A model generated the notes under the pieces. It had not been told where the DNA came from. It ran no database searches and saw nothing but the letters and a program-made list of their open reading frames with translations. Shown piece after piece: positions 11,018-26,220 of a DNA stretch of 64,000 bases. Position 1 is the first letter of the stretch. Each line of letters begins with the position of its first letter. The position numbers were made by a program, and so were the translations under genes. Source of the DNA: Candidatus Spongiisociaceae bacterium (GTDB lineage: Bacteria > Actinomycetota > Acidimicrobiia > Spongiisociales > Spongiisociaceae); assembly GCA_965219685.1 (NCBI GenBank), contig CBDCOH010000002.1, positions 2,848,001 to 2,912,000 on the forward strand, read 5' to 3'.

Positions 11018-12079
11018 TCAAACCCGTACCTCGTAGTACAGATGCATCGGATCGTCCTTCAGGCCGAACTCGCGGAAGGAGCCGAATCCGGCATCGCGGG
11101 CGATCCGTTCGGCGACCACCGGAGGCAATCCCAGCGTCCCCAGAGCAGCGCCCCCCTCGGCCGAAGCCCCCGACAGGAGGCAGGCCGACACGCTGTAACC
11201 GTACTGCATGGCCAGCATCGGGTTCTTCAGGTTCTTCTCCCAGACCTCGGAGCACTTCATGTCCTTGATCAACCAGGTGCCGTCCCGCTTGATAGCCCTC
11301 CGGATGTTGGCGGCGATCCGATCCGGGAAGGGAACGTCGTGCATGCAGTCCAATGTCAGGACCAGGTCGAACCCGGCATCGGCGGGAAGCTCCTCGCCGC
11401 CCGCGTGCACCAGCGTGGCGTTGTCCACGTCGGCCAGCCGCCGCCGGCCGTGGGCAACAGCGTGTCCGGAAGGCTCGAAGCCGACGAAGTTACTGGCGGG
11501 GAAACGGCGAGCCATCGCCCGGACCGAGATGCCTCCCCCACAACCGATGTCCGCCACTACGGCTCCGGCCTGGAGTTTGTCGACGACGCCGTGAAGTTGG
11601 GGAAGCACCCTGTCAAGCAGGTACGTACTCACCCAGGCATTGTTCATCCGGTCGATCTGGCGAGCCACCGTGTCTCCCATGTCGTGGTAGGTCACACCCA
11701 TTCCGGTGCGGAACGACTCCAGGATGCCATCCACCTGGTCGGGTGGGAACCCCCCTATGAACGCCCCGGCCGCGAACGAGACGGTGCTGTCGTCGACGAG
11801 AACCCGCTCCCCCTCCGGATCGAGCGAGTAGGTCCCCTCGGGGCTGCGGGTGAGGAGGCCGGCCGCTGCCTGTCCCATCAACCACTCCCTGACCATGCGT
11901 TCGGCCAGGCCCGTGGTGGCCGCCAGTTGCTCCGGCGTGAAAGCTGCGCCGCCGGCCATGGCCTGGTACAGGCCAAGACGGTCCCCCAGGTGGACCATGA
12001 GGCTCACCACTTCGCCCTGCTTGTACTTCCAGACCTTGAATACGTAGGCCTTGAGGAGTTCCGGATCGACTTTTCGCAT
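11018..12079 (-). CDS. Class I SAM-dependent methyltransferase with N-terminal wHTH (Rv2258c-like)
   Basis: LGDRLGLYQAM, ERMVREWL, VADIGCGGG and DCMHD. Start moved to MRKVDP. Confidence 0.88.
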   Translation of the reverse strand: MRKVDPELLKAYVFKVWKYKQGEVVSLMVHLGDRLGLYQAMAGGAAFTPEQLAATTGLAERMVREWLMGQAAAGLLTRSPEGTYSLDPEGERVLVDDSTVSFAAGAFIGGFPPDQVDGILESFRTGMGVTYHDMGDTVARQIDRMNNAWVSTYLLDRVLPQLHGVVDKLQAGAVVADIGCGGGISVRAMARRFPASNFVGFEPSGHAVAHGRRRLADVDNATLVHAGGEELPADAGFDLVLTLDCMHDVPFPDRIAANIRRAIKRDGTWLIKDMKCSEVWEKNLKNPMLAMQYGYSVSACLLSGASAEGGAALGTLGLPPVVAERIARDAGFGSFREFGLKDDPMHLYYEVRV

Positions 12080-12172
12080 GGGCGTAACACTAGTGGTCCG
12101 CCGCCATCCCGAATCGCACCGGGTGATGCCGACACCCCTCGAATAGGACCCCGTCGACGCAGGCCGGCCCAT

Positions 12173-12206
12173 CAATCACCAATCACCACTCACCACTCAC
12201 CACTCA
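12173..12206. repeat. Heptamer tandem repeat (CAATCAC/CACTCAC, about 5 units)
   Basis: Direct reading; same family as 6960, 48267 and 57759. Confidence 0.8.
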
Positions 12207-12297
12207 TGCCGGGCCCATCGCTCGACGGGCCCGAGCATCTTCCGCAGACGCCTTGCCGGCGGGGACTCCCCGCTGTGAGGCGCCAACCCACCCCCGG

Positions 12298-14118
12298 CTA
12301 CCGGCTGTAACCGCTGCTGTCCGAGCTCGCGGCCGGAACGTGGGCCGTGATGTGGTCCAGCAGGAAGGTGAAGTCGTTGAAGGAGTCCAGCCCGCCGAGT
12401 TCCCTGCCCAATGGACGGAGCCGATCCGTCAACGACCAGAGGTCGCTTCCCACCGACCCCGCGTCCGCCTCGACGTAGGGGAGGCTGGCGTAGCGATCCG
12501 ACGCCAGGGCAACCACCGCGCCGAACTGCAGGAGGGGATCGGCGGCGTCGAACTCGATGTCAGGCCGCTGCCTCATGATGGTGGACTGCCGGTTGGAAAG
12601 ACCGCTCAACGGGGTCACCCACCTGAGGTCCACGTCGGCCAGCTCGACCGTCCGGGCCGGACTCCGCCGGACCCGGTCGCTCAGTTCGAGTTCGTAGAAC
12701 ACCGTGGTCGCCGCCCCGACCGGGATCTCGGCGAACTCCTTGCGGTCATCGAGGAAGGACTCGTCGGACGTGACCCGGTTCTCGTAGCCGATCATCCTCC
12801 ACGACTCCACCACCTGGTCGTTCCAGGTCACTTGGGCCCGGGTCTGGTCGGCGAACGGAACCGAGAGGGCCAGCCAGCTTTCACGGCTGAACGTCGAGCG
12901 CGCCTGGCCGGTGTCGCTCAGGTACCGGTACCAACCGTTGCCGTACTGGGCGAGCTGCTCGAGCAGGTAGTCGTGGTAGTTGGCGATCCCCACGCCGACG
13001 GTGATAAGGCGGAGCGGGTTGCCGCTGTCGGGGTCGTGGGCCGACTCGAGTATGGCGAACGGGTCGGTGGCATCCACGTTCGCCACCCCGTCGGACATCA
13101 GGATGATGTAGTTGTGGGCGTCCGGACGTTGGCGCCTGACCCGGTCGGCCAGCCAGACGCCCTCGTCCAATCCGGCCTGCACGTTGGTGCTGGAGTGGGG
13201 AGCGAGCCGGCTGATCGAGTCCCTGACCGCCCGGTCATCCGGGGACCGGTGCTCGACCGTGAGCCGGTCGATGACATCCTCGGTGAAATGGACAACCGCG
13301 ATGCGGTCCCGGCTCCGCAGGCCCCTCCGGATGCTCTCCGCGGCCTCGCGGGCGATCGCAACCCGGTTGCCTTCCCGCATGGAACCCGACGCGTCGAGCA
13401 CCAAGGTCACGTTCAAGGGCCGGTCGTCGCGGAACTCCGGCGCCTGAAAGCCGATGCGGGCCAGATGCTTGCGGTCGTCCAGCGGATGCCTGACCAGATC
13501 CGTGACGATGGCGAAGCTGTCCAGGTGCTTGGGGTGTTCGTAGCCGTAGTTGAAGGCGTTGATCCACTCCTCGGCCCTCACCGAGTCCGGGTTCACCTCG
13601 TATCCGGAGCGGGCCCAGTTGAGGGCCAGATGGAAGGAGGTCCGGTCGGTGTCGAGGCTGAAGGTCGACGTCCTGTCCCTCGAGGTCGACACGAAGCGCG
13701 ACTGCTGGTAGTCCCTGAACGTGGTAACCGACGGCGGATGCGCCTTCGGCGCCTTGTATGGGGTGGTGGTCGCCGCCACGTCAGCGGCCGGATCTTCCTC
13801 CACGATCATCGGCTCTGCCGCCTCCTCTGCCTCGTAGGCGATCCAGGTAGCCGCGGTAGTGGTCGGCGCGTAGGTCTGCTCGGTCTCGTACCTCGCCGTG
13901 GTCGTCGCAGCAGCCTCATAGGCCGCGGCGGTCGTGGCCGGTGCCGCAGTGGTCCGGGGAGCGCCGGTGGTCGCGGCCGGCTCGTGGTCCTCCTCCCCGC
14001 AGCCGATCAGCCCCAGGACGAGCAGCGCTCCCAAGGCGATGTGAATGAAGGGTCGCCTCGCCCACTCGGAAGCAACCCCCTGCCTGATTCTCGATCCCCC
14101 TGTCCCAGCCCCGTACAT
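12298..14118 (-). CDS. VWA domain lipoprotein (YfbK/DUF3520-like)
   Basis: Lipobox LIGC; STFSLDTDRTSF, VRAEEWINAFNY; MIDAS motif DASGSM; LMSDGVAN; WRMIGYENR. Start is uncertain. Confidence 0.85.
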   Translation of the reverse strand: MYGAGTGGSRIRQGVASEWARRPFIHIALGALLVLGLIGCGEEDHEPAATTGAPRTTAAPATTAAAYEAAATTTARYETEQTYAPTTTAATWIAYEAEEAAEPMIVEEDPAADVAATTTPYKAPKAHPPSVTTFRDYQQSRFVSTSRDRTSTFSLDTDRTSFHLALNWARSGYEVNPDSVRAEEWINAFNYGYEHPKHLDSFAIVTDLVRHPLDDRKHLARIGFQAPEFRDDRPLNVTLVLDASGSMREGNRVAIAREAAESIRRGLRSRDRIAVVHFTEDVIDRLTVEHRSPDDRAVRDSISRLAPHSSTNVQAGLDEGVWLADRVRRQRPDAHNYIILMSDGVANVDATDPFAILESAHDPDSGNPLRLITVGVGIANYHDYLLEQLAQYGNGWYRYLSDTGQARSTFSRESWLALSVPFADQTRAQVTWNDQVVESWRMIGYENRVTSDESFLDDRKEFAEIPVGAATTVFYELELSDRVRRSPARTVELADVDLRWVTPLSGLSNRQSTIMRQRPDIEFDAADPLLQFGAVVALASDRYASLPYVEADAGSVGSDLWSLTDRLRPLGRELGGLDSFNDFTFLLDHITAHVPAASSDSSGYSR

Positions 14119-14469
14119 AGTCAACCTCCCCTCGAACGTCTCATTGCCCGAGCGGTCATCAACCGCTCTTTCCGCATAGACGCTCGGAAAACCCGACCCG
14201 GTTCCCACCATCCCGGAGTTTTCTCCGAGGCGGACTCGGCGGGGGACGCCAAGTGGTCGGTCACGATCAGGCCGCGAAGCGGGCTCGAACACGATGCCGG
14301 CCGCGGCAGACAGACGCCGCCGACCGACCCCCACTGCCTGACGTGGCTCCCCCCGTCGCCCACCCGATCAGCTTTCGCCCGACGCCGGGGCCGGAATCTC
14401 CGACCGACCCTGTCGCGCGGACATCGACATCTCGAGGCATCGAGCAAGAGGGTGTCGGGCCCGCTCCGG

Positions 14470-15753
14470 TCAAGGGGGCAGGCCATCCCGTGGCCGGGCA
14501 TCATATCCGTCAGCGGTCCGCCGGACCACGAGGCTCTCGGTTTCGAGCCAGCCGTGATGCTTGCGGCAGACGGCGACCAGGTTGTCCACATCGGTCCGGC
14601 CGCCGTCGCGATGCCATTCCCGGATGTGATGGAGTTCGCACCTGTGCATCGGGGCGCCGCACTCGAAGCAGCCGCCGTCACGGACAGCCACAGCCAACCG
14701 CTGGGCAGCGTTGGCGAGTCGTTGCCTGCGGCCCAGCCACAATGGACGACCCGCCCGGTCGAAGACCATCCCGGCCAGTTCGGTATCCGGGGTCAAGGTG
14801 CCGAGGATCTCGCGGGGAACCGGACCCACCCCGATCATCTCGACATGAGCGGCCGGGTCGGTGCCGTCCACCACACCCATCGGAGCTACCAGGATCACCT
14901 GGGTCGATGCCTTCGCCTTCACACCCGAGAACCCGGCGATGAACTCCCCGGTCTGCGAGTCCCGGTTGGTGAGCAGTTCGTAGACCGCGTCCGCCAGACG
15001 TTGCCTGGGGTTGCGAACCTGGTCGGGATCCCGCCCGTCGGCCCCGTCGCGGCGGAGCAATTCCAGGAAATGGCCGTCGACAGCCTGTCGCAGATGTTCG
15101 AACTGGGGCCGTGGGAGCTTGGCCATGAGCACCCCGAGTCCGGTGTCCTTCTCCACCCACAGCTTGGCTTCCCGGGCCCGACGCTGCCGTTCCAAGGGAC
15201 TCACGCCCGCTTCGATCAGCTTGCGCTCTGCCCACTTTCTCGCATGCCGCCCGAACTTGTCCGGCAACAGCCGGTCGGCGGACTCCAGCAGGGAAGCATC
15301 GGCCTCCACCACATCCGGTCCCACCTTCTCCGCCGCATCGGCCAGGGCAGAAGCCTGGTCCAGGGTGATGTCGCCCTCGGCGAACTTCTCCCGCACCTTG
15401 GGCATGTCCGACAGCCGGCGGGCCACCGTCGCCATCCGCTTGGATTCCCGCCGCGGGAGGCGCGCCTTCGTGCGCAGGACCTCGACCGGGTCCGAGCCGG
15501 AGTCCGCTTCCGACACTGTTCGCGTCACGTCGCACATCATCGAGGCCACCCGGGTCTGCATCCGGCCCAACAGGTCGAGTGTCCGGTCCGCTCGGTGGCG
15601 GGGCATCGGACCTATCTCGACGCGTTCCAACTGGCCCAGGAGAACCGCTATCCGGCCATCCACGCCAACACCCGTGCCCGCGCGATCCGGGGAATCGGCG
15701 AGTGTCTCGGCGGTAGCGCGATCGATGTGTACGAACGTATGTTCGTTTCTCAT
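14470..15753 (-). CDS. DUF222 + HNH endonuclease protein (REP13E12-like)
   Basis: QRLADA; PLWLGRRQRLANAAQRLAVAVRDGGCFECG...CELHHIREWHRDGGRTDVDNLVAVCRKHH. Confidence 0.92.
   Translation of the reverse strand: MRNEHTFVHIDRATAETLADSPDRAGTGVGVDGRIAVLLGQLERVEIGPMPRHRADRTLDLLGRMQTRVASMMCDVTRTVSEADSGSDPVEVLRTKARLPRRESKRMATVARRLSDMPKVREKFAEGDITLDQASALADAAEKVGPDVVEADASLLESADRLLPDKFGRHARKWAERKLIEAGVSPLERQRRAREAKLWVEKDTGLGVLMAKLPRPQFEHLRQAVDGHFLELLRRDGADGRDPDQVRNPRQRLADAVYELLTNRDSQTGEFIAGFSGVKAKASTQVILVAPMGVVDGTDPAAHVEMIGVGPVPREILGTLTPDTELAGMVFDRAGRPLWLGRRQRLANAAQRLAVAVRDGGCFECGAPMHRCELHHIREWHRDGGRTDVDNLVAVCRKHHGWLETESLVVRRTADGYDARPRDGLPP
15732..15745. promoter_or_regulatory. LexA (SOS) box overlapping the first codons of DUF222-HNH
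   Basis: CGAACgtatGTTCG matches the actinobacterial/Gram-positive CGAAC-N4-GTTCG box. Confidence 0.75.
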
Positions 15754-15760
15754 GGTCCCA

Positions 15761-15782
15761 GTTGTATCATGCCGCTGTGACA
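15761..15782 (-). promoter_or_regulatory. RecA-NDp/PafBC-like promoter variant of DUF222-HNH (near-leaderless)
   Basis: Minus strand TGTCAC-agcggcatga-TACAAC(T), 7 nt before the ATG. Confidence 0.6.
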
Positions 15783-15922
15783 GATACAACCCCGAATATC
15801 GAAAAGCGTCTGTCAGTTCACCAAAACGCACCGTGTGGTGATACCGAGGACAAGGGCGACCGACCACTCATGCAGGCCGACGGATCCCCGAAACCGCCGT
15901 CCATTCAAGGGCATCGGAACCC

Positions 15923-16525
15923 CTAGTTCATCCTCGGATCGGCCGGATAGGTGGAGAACCAGGCGTAGCGGCCGCCGGCTCTGCGGAGGACCTCCTCCCA
16001 CAGCTGTTCGGGAGCCGGTGTGAACACATCGTCAGGTAGGGCGTCGACCACGAACCAGCCGTTGGACGACAACTCCGACTCCAACTGCCCCGGACCCCAC
16101 CCGCTGTATCCGGTGAACACCCGCGCTTCGAGCCCCGAGTCGGGCTCCGGTTCGAACTCGAGATCGACGGCCCGGACGCCGAGCACCTCCGGCCAACCCT
16201 CCAACGGCGCCGAACCGGCGCCACGAGCCAGACCGATGCCGCCCCCTTCCCCCACCGGCCCCCCGACGAACACGACCCGTGGATTGACCGCCGCCGACCA
16301 CCACCCGGGGAGATGATCCAGCAGGTCGGCCTTCGTAGGCCGGTTCAGCACCAGCCCCACCGCCCCCTCCTGGCTGTGCTCGACCATCAAGACCACAGTC
16401 CTGGAGAAGTTCGGGTCAAGCATCCCGGGCATCGCCACCAGCAACCGGCCGGCCAGCGACGTGAACTCCTCACCCACGTCAGGGCCCTCCGCTGGCAATC
16501 CCTCCGAACCAGGCATCGTTTCCAT
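15923..16525 (-). CDS. YqgE/AlgH (UPF0301) family protein
   Basis: GRLLVAMPGMLDPNFSRTVVL, GLVLNRP, FVGGPV and GYSGWGPGQLESE. Confidence 0.93.
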   Translation of the reverse strand: METMPGSEGLPAEGPDVGEEFTSLAGRLLVAMPGMLDPNFSRTVVLMVEHSQEGAVGLVLNRPTKADLLDHLPGWWSAAVNPRVVFVGGPVGEGGGIGLARGAGSAPLEGWPEVLGVRAVDLEFEPEPDSGLEARVFTGYSGWGPGQLESELSSNGWFVVDALPDDVFTPAPEQLWEEVLRRAGGRYAWFSTYPADPRMN

Positions 16526-16725
16526 CTACCACCCAATGTTGCCACATCCGGATGAAGCAACGTCCTGAACACGCATGGATACTGGGCTCCGTCAACGAGG
16601 TGCCAAGCTCATGGTGCTCGGCGGATCCTGCCCCTCTCCCCCACGAAGTCTGGTTCCGTTGAGTCCCTCGCATCGGACGAATTCCTCCGGACGACCTACT
16701 TGAACAGCCGCCAGTCAGGGGGAGG

Positions 16726-16896
16726 TCAGGTGACCTCGCTGGTGCCTATGCCTAGATGACCCTCGATCCGGGCAACCCGCTGTTCCAACTGCCCTAGACG
16801 TTCACCAACCTTGTCGCGTCGACTCATCACCACGGTGAACAAGTTGAGAGCAACAACCACTACCCACCCGACGGCGGTAATCGCTACCGTGTCCAT
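16726..16896 (-). CDS. Small membrane protein, 56 aa (TM helix + short coiled coil); below the ORF-track cutoff
   Basis: MDTVAITAVGWVVVVALNLFTVVMSRRDKVGERLGQLEQRVARIEGHLGIGTSEVT; purine-rich RBS (AGAAGGAGAGAGGGG) upstream. Confidence 0.7.
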   Translation of the reverse strand: MDTVAITAVGWVVVVALNLFTVVMSRRDKVGERLGQLEQRVARIEGHLGIGTSEVT

Positions 16897-17267
16897 GCGT
16901 ATCCCCTCTCTCCTTCTACTCGTGGATCAGCTGTATCCAACGCTATCATCGCTACCAGTCACTGTAGTACGATACCACCATCGACGCCAAGTGGTCCACC
17001 CCGTCTCGATAACCCACGACCCAGCCACTGACTGATGCTGTCCACGATCCACCCGAACCCGCCGGCGAAGACGAGGGCATCGTGATTGTTGTTCGGTGAA
17101 TCTCCGCACACTCATTGGGGAGTTATGGAGACCGGGCCCTCGGTGTCCTGCGGCTGCCGCCTACCGGTCGACTCCGGCGAGTAGAACTACTTCCGCACGG
17201 TGTGAGTGCAGAACCTACCAGGAGCACCCAGCACCTTTTGGCGCTCTGTGAACGAAAGACCATAACT

Positions 17268-17289
17268 TGTCACACCCACCTCATATCCT
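17268..17289 (+). promoter_or_regulatory. RecA-NDp/PafBC-like promoter of the cas interference operon
   Basis: TGTCAC-acccacctca-TATCCT, 45 nt upstream of the cas7 ATG (RBS AAGGGAGG). Confidence 0.7.
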
Positions 17290-17334
17290 GAACACACACG
17301 GGTCCTCGACATCTGGACATAAGGGAGGTAACAC

Positions 17335-18578
17335 ATGGCGGCACTCACGTTCGAACAACTCCATCGGGCGGTCGCCGGGGAGGCTGTAGCTCTCCGTTTA
17401 CGAACAACTCTCCAGCCCGCTGGCGGGCCGGGGGACAAGATCTTCCCGCCAACGTACGCTGTTGCGCAGAATGCCGAACACAAGTACGCCGTCGAAGAGA
17501 GAGTTGTCGATGGCGAGATCAAGACGACTGTCCTGTTGGACTCGGTGGCATCCCAGGCCAATCGAGCCGAACTGGCGCTTCTCGACGGATGGGAGACCGA
17601 CGAACTGGACTTCCCGGTCCCGTTCGTTGACTTCACCATTGACAGCGATCTGGCCGATCTAGGTAGGCTGACCGTACTAGAAGCCCCCCACCGAATCGTC
17701 GACGCCATCTTTAGGGACAGCCTGCTGGATGACACTCTGTTCCGTCTCTCAAACGTGGGCCAGTCCATAACGAACTGCAGTCCCCGAGACGCTACGGCGC
17801 TATTTCGCTACTCCCCCACAGCCCTCTTGTTCGGAGTCTGGGACTCGACAGGCCCAAAGGGAGGACTGGGATCGAAGTTCCAGCGAGCCTATGTGTCGGA
17901 GATAGTCGGCATGGATACCAAGATCGGCAAGAAGGTGGGAAGCCGGATCGATCCCTTGCAGATCGAGAAGCTCGCACAAGAGGACAAGGCGTTCAACCAC
18001 CAAGACGCCGCCCAGGTGTGGACCTTCGACGAGAGGGTGGCCGAGAGGGACAAGAGAGGGAAACCCACATATGCATCTCGAGGCGCCGAGACCGGCGAAG
18101 CCGGTCAGCCCTCCAAGATCAACCATGGGAACGTCGCGCCGACCATCGATGAGGTCTCGGGAGGAGTCACAATAAGCGAAGCCATCCAGACCACCGTCAT
18201 TTCCCTGGCCGCGCTCCGGCGACTGCGTTTTGCCGGCCACGATCGAAACACCGAGACAGTAATCCGGACCGCAGTGGCCGCGCTCGGAGTGGCGGCGATG
18301 GCCTACCAACACGAACTCGACTACGACCTTCGCTCGCGTTGCCTTCTGGTTCCGACCCACCCACCGCGGATCGAACTCATCGGTCGCGACGGTTCGGCCC
18401 CCGAAACGGTTACGATCGACCGGTCAGGTGCTGCTGGAATACTGCGAGCGGCCACCGATCGCGCATCACAAGCAGGGATCGGATGGGAGTCACAGGAGAT
18501 CAGGCTGATCCCGGCCCCGAAGCTGGTCGAGTTGATCAAACGGAGCCGTAGCGTGTCGGCGGCAGAGCAACCGTCGGG

Positions 18579-18582
<4 letters not shown>
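17335..18582 (+). CDS. cas7: Type I-G CRISPR Cas7 (Csb1)
   Basis: LQPAGGPGDKIFPPTY, VLLDSVASQANRAE, APHRIVDA, PTALLFGVWDS and LRSRCLL; first gene of the cas operon. Confidence 0.95.
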
Positions 18583-23948
<5,366 letters not shown>

Positions 23949-24106
23949 TACCTTGCATCTTGCGTGCGATCTCTTCAATGCCCAAACGGACATTCGGGTT
24001 CAGTAGTGGGGGCAACGGACGGACCAACCAGATCTGGACAGGCACGAGACTCGCGCTGGTCCAAGATCATTCGAGGCTTCGCAATAACTGATATTCTTCG
24101 CCTGAG

Positions 24107-25750
24107 GTGAGAGATTTACCGAGACTCGTACCCGTTCGTATGGTCAACGAGTTCGAGTACTGCCCGCGTCTGTTCTACTTGGAGTGGGTACAGTCCCGTT
24201 TCGTTGACAACCCAGATACGGTGGAAGGACGCTATGTCCATCGCCGGGTAGACATAGGCGGTGGACGGTTCGGCGACTCGACCGAGGACGAGCCGGTTCG
24301 AGTAGCCCGTTCGGTAACTCTGGGATCCGAACGCCTTGGCCTTATCGCCAAGGCGGACCTCATCGAGGGTTCCACGAACGGGCAAGTGATACCGGTCGAG
24401 GTCAAGAGAGGGCGCCCTCCATCGCATGGCCCTGCTTGGTCACCGGAGCTGATCCAGCTGTGTGCAATCGGTCTCCTGCTCCAGGACAACGGATACGAGT
24501 GCACTGAGGGTCAGATCTACTTCGCCGAGACGCGCCAGCGGAGAACAGTCCCATTCGACGACGAACTGGTAGCCAGAACTCTCAGGGTGCTCGACGATCT
24601 GCGGCCGGTGGCGGCGGCGCCTGATCCACCTCCCCCCCTCATCGACAGCCCGAAGTGCCCACGCTGTTCACTGGTGGGTATCTGCCTCCCCGATGAGACC
24701 AACCTCCACACCCGCAGATCCCGGAAGCGACCCCGGCGACTCACACCTCGGGATTCGGCCGCCCGCCCTCTCTATGTCACCGAGCAGGGGGCGAAGATCG
24801 GGATCAGAGGGGGCCGTGTGAGAGTCACGAGACACAACCAAGAGATCCAGCAGGTCAGAGCCATCGACGTATCCCAGATCTCGGTGTTCGGCAACGTACA
24901 GCTGAGCTCCCAACTCATGCGCGCGGCCTTCTCACGAGAGACCCCGGTCTGCTGGTTCTCGTACGGAGGATGGTTCCAAGGCATCGCCCAAGGACTGCCA
25001 TCGAAGCACGTTGAGCTCAGAAGGCGACAGGTCGGGATCGCAGCCCAAGCCGGTCTGCCGGTGGCACGGCGAATGGTTGAAGGCAAGATCCGTAACTGCC
25101 GAACGTTCCTCAGACGAAACTCTCGATCCGACACAGGGTCCGTTCTGCCCCAGCTCAAAGACTTGGCCGACAAGTCAGCCTCGGCGGAATCGATAGAGTC
25201 GCTACTCGGGTTCGAGGGGACGGCCGCTCGCCTGTACTTCGGACGGTTTGCCGGGATGCTCAAGAATGACGACCTTGGCACGTTCGATGTCAAGGGCCGA
25301 AATCGACGACCTCCCCGGGACCCCACCAACTGTTTGCTCTCCTATGCCTATTCCCTGCTGACCAAAGACCTGACTGCAACTGTGCTCGGAGTCGGATTCG
25401 ACCCCTACTTGGGTCTATACCATCGTTCTCGTTTTGGACGGCCGGCCCTTGCGCTAGATCTGGCTGAGGAATTCCGACCACTCATCGCCGACTCCGTAGT
25501 AGTCAACGTGATCAACAACGGCGAGATCCGCTCATCCGGTTTCATCATCCGCGCCCAAGGAGTGGCCCTGAGTCAACAGGCCCGACGCTCATTCCTTGCT
25601 GCGTACGAGAGACGACTGGATCATCAGGTGACCCACCCGACGTACAAGTACCGCATCACCTACCGTCGCGTACTGGAAGTTCAGGCTCGAATGCTCGGTG
25701 CCTATCTTCTGGGCGAGATTCCCGAATACGTACCCTTCATGACGAGATAG
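24107..25750 (+). CDS. cas4/cas1: Cas4-Cas1 fusion
   Basis: EYCPRLFY, PVEVKRG and KCPRCSLVGICLP (Cas4 Fe-S); LLGFEGTAARLYF, RNRRPPRDP and LALDLAEEFRP (Cas1). Confidence 0.96.
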   Translation: MRDLPRLVPVRMVNEFEYCPRLFYLEWVQSRFVDNPDTVEGRYVHRRVDIGGGRFGDSTEDEPVRVARSVTLGSERLGLIAKADLIEGSTNGQVIPVEVKRGRPPSHGPAWSPELIQLCAIGLLLQDNGYECTEGQIYFAETRQRRTVPFDDELVARTLRVLDDLRPVAAAPDPPPPLIDSPKCPRCSLVGICLPDETNLHTRRSRKRPRRLTPRDSAARPLYVTEQGAKIGIRGGRVRVTRHNQEIQQVRAIDVSQISVFGNVQLSSQLMRAAFSRETPVCWFSYGGWFQGIAQGLPSKHVELRRRQVGIAAQAGLPVARRMVEGKIRNCRTFLRRNSRSDTGSVLPQLKDLADKSASAESIESLLGFEGTAARLYFGRFAGMLKNDDLGTFDVKGRNRRPPRDPTNCLLSYAYSLLTKDLTATVLGVGFDPYLGLYHRSRFGRPALALDLAEEFRPLIADSVVVNVINNGEIRSSGFIIRAQGVALSQQARRSFLAAYERRLDHQVTHPTYKYRITYRRVLEVQARMLGAYLLGEIPEYVPFMTR

Positions 25751-25752
25751 CG

Positions 25753-26049
25753 ATGGCTAGACGCAAGAGATACCTAGTGGCGTACGACATCCGAGACGAC
25801 AAACGGTTGAGACGGGTCCACAAAACGGTGAAAGGCTACGGATGGAGCCTCCAGTACAGCGTGTTCATCTGCGACCTGGACGCCATGGAGCTGCTCTCGC
25901 TGAAGACAGACCTCGGCTCGGTGATCCACCACGCTGCCGACTCCATAGCTATCGTAGACCTAGGCGCCCCGGAGGAGCGCGGCAGCGAGTGCTTCCAGTT
26001 CATGGGTGTCGCGGCTAGGTTGCCCGCATCCGGTGCCGTGATTGTCTGA
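25753..26049 (+). CDS. cas2: Cas2
   Basis: YLVAYDIRDDKRLRRV...LQYSVF. Confidence 0.96.
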   Translation: MARRKRYLVAYDIRDDKRLRRVHKTVKGYGWSLQYSVFICDLDAMELLSLKTDLGSVIHHAADSIAIVDLGAPEERGSECFQFMGVAARLPASGAVIV

Positions 26050-26220
26050 TGCGAGCGGTCCGGTGACACCCGTAGCCCCAGTGAGCGCTCGTTTCGTCGC
26101 TCTACCAGGGGTTTCCGGCTCCTTGACAACCAAATGCGGACTCCAGGAAAGCCGCCCTTTCAAGTACCGCTCGCAAACCTTGACAAAGCCCCAGGTCAGG
26201 GCTAGGTTTTGGTGCGAGCC
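26050..26220 (+). promoter_or_regulatory. CRISPR leader
   Basis: 171 nt between cas2 and the first repeat; GCGAGCG...CGCTCG(C) inverted motifs and two TTGACA hexamers. Confidence 0.75.

Noticed and set aside
12253-15780. 1175-aa plus-strand ORF (and other long ORFs such as 7582-9186, 29015-30958, 39265-40767)
   Set aside because: Antisense shadows of well-supported minus-strand genes, typical of high-GC DNA; no recognisable motifs.
23949-24106. Possible CreTA/CreR-like mini-array between cas8g2 and cas4/1 (AACGGAC half-matches, a small hairpin ending ATTGAAG on the minus strand, 9-mer ATCTGGACA shared with the cas7 leader)
   Set aside because: No convincing repeat-spacer-repeat geometry or 3' handle, and a 9-nt match between regions this size is plausible by chance. 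Small-RNA-seq could revive it.
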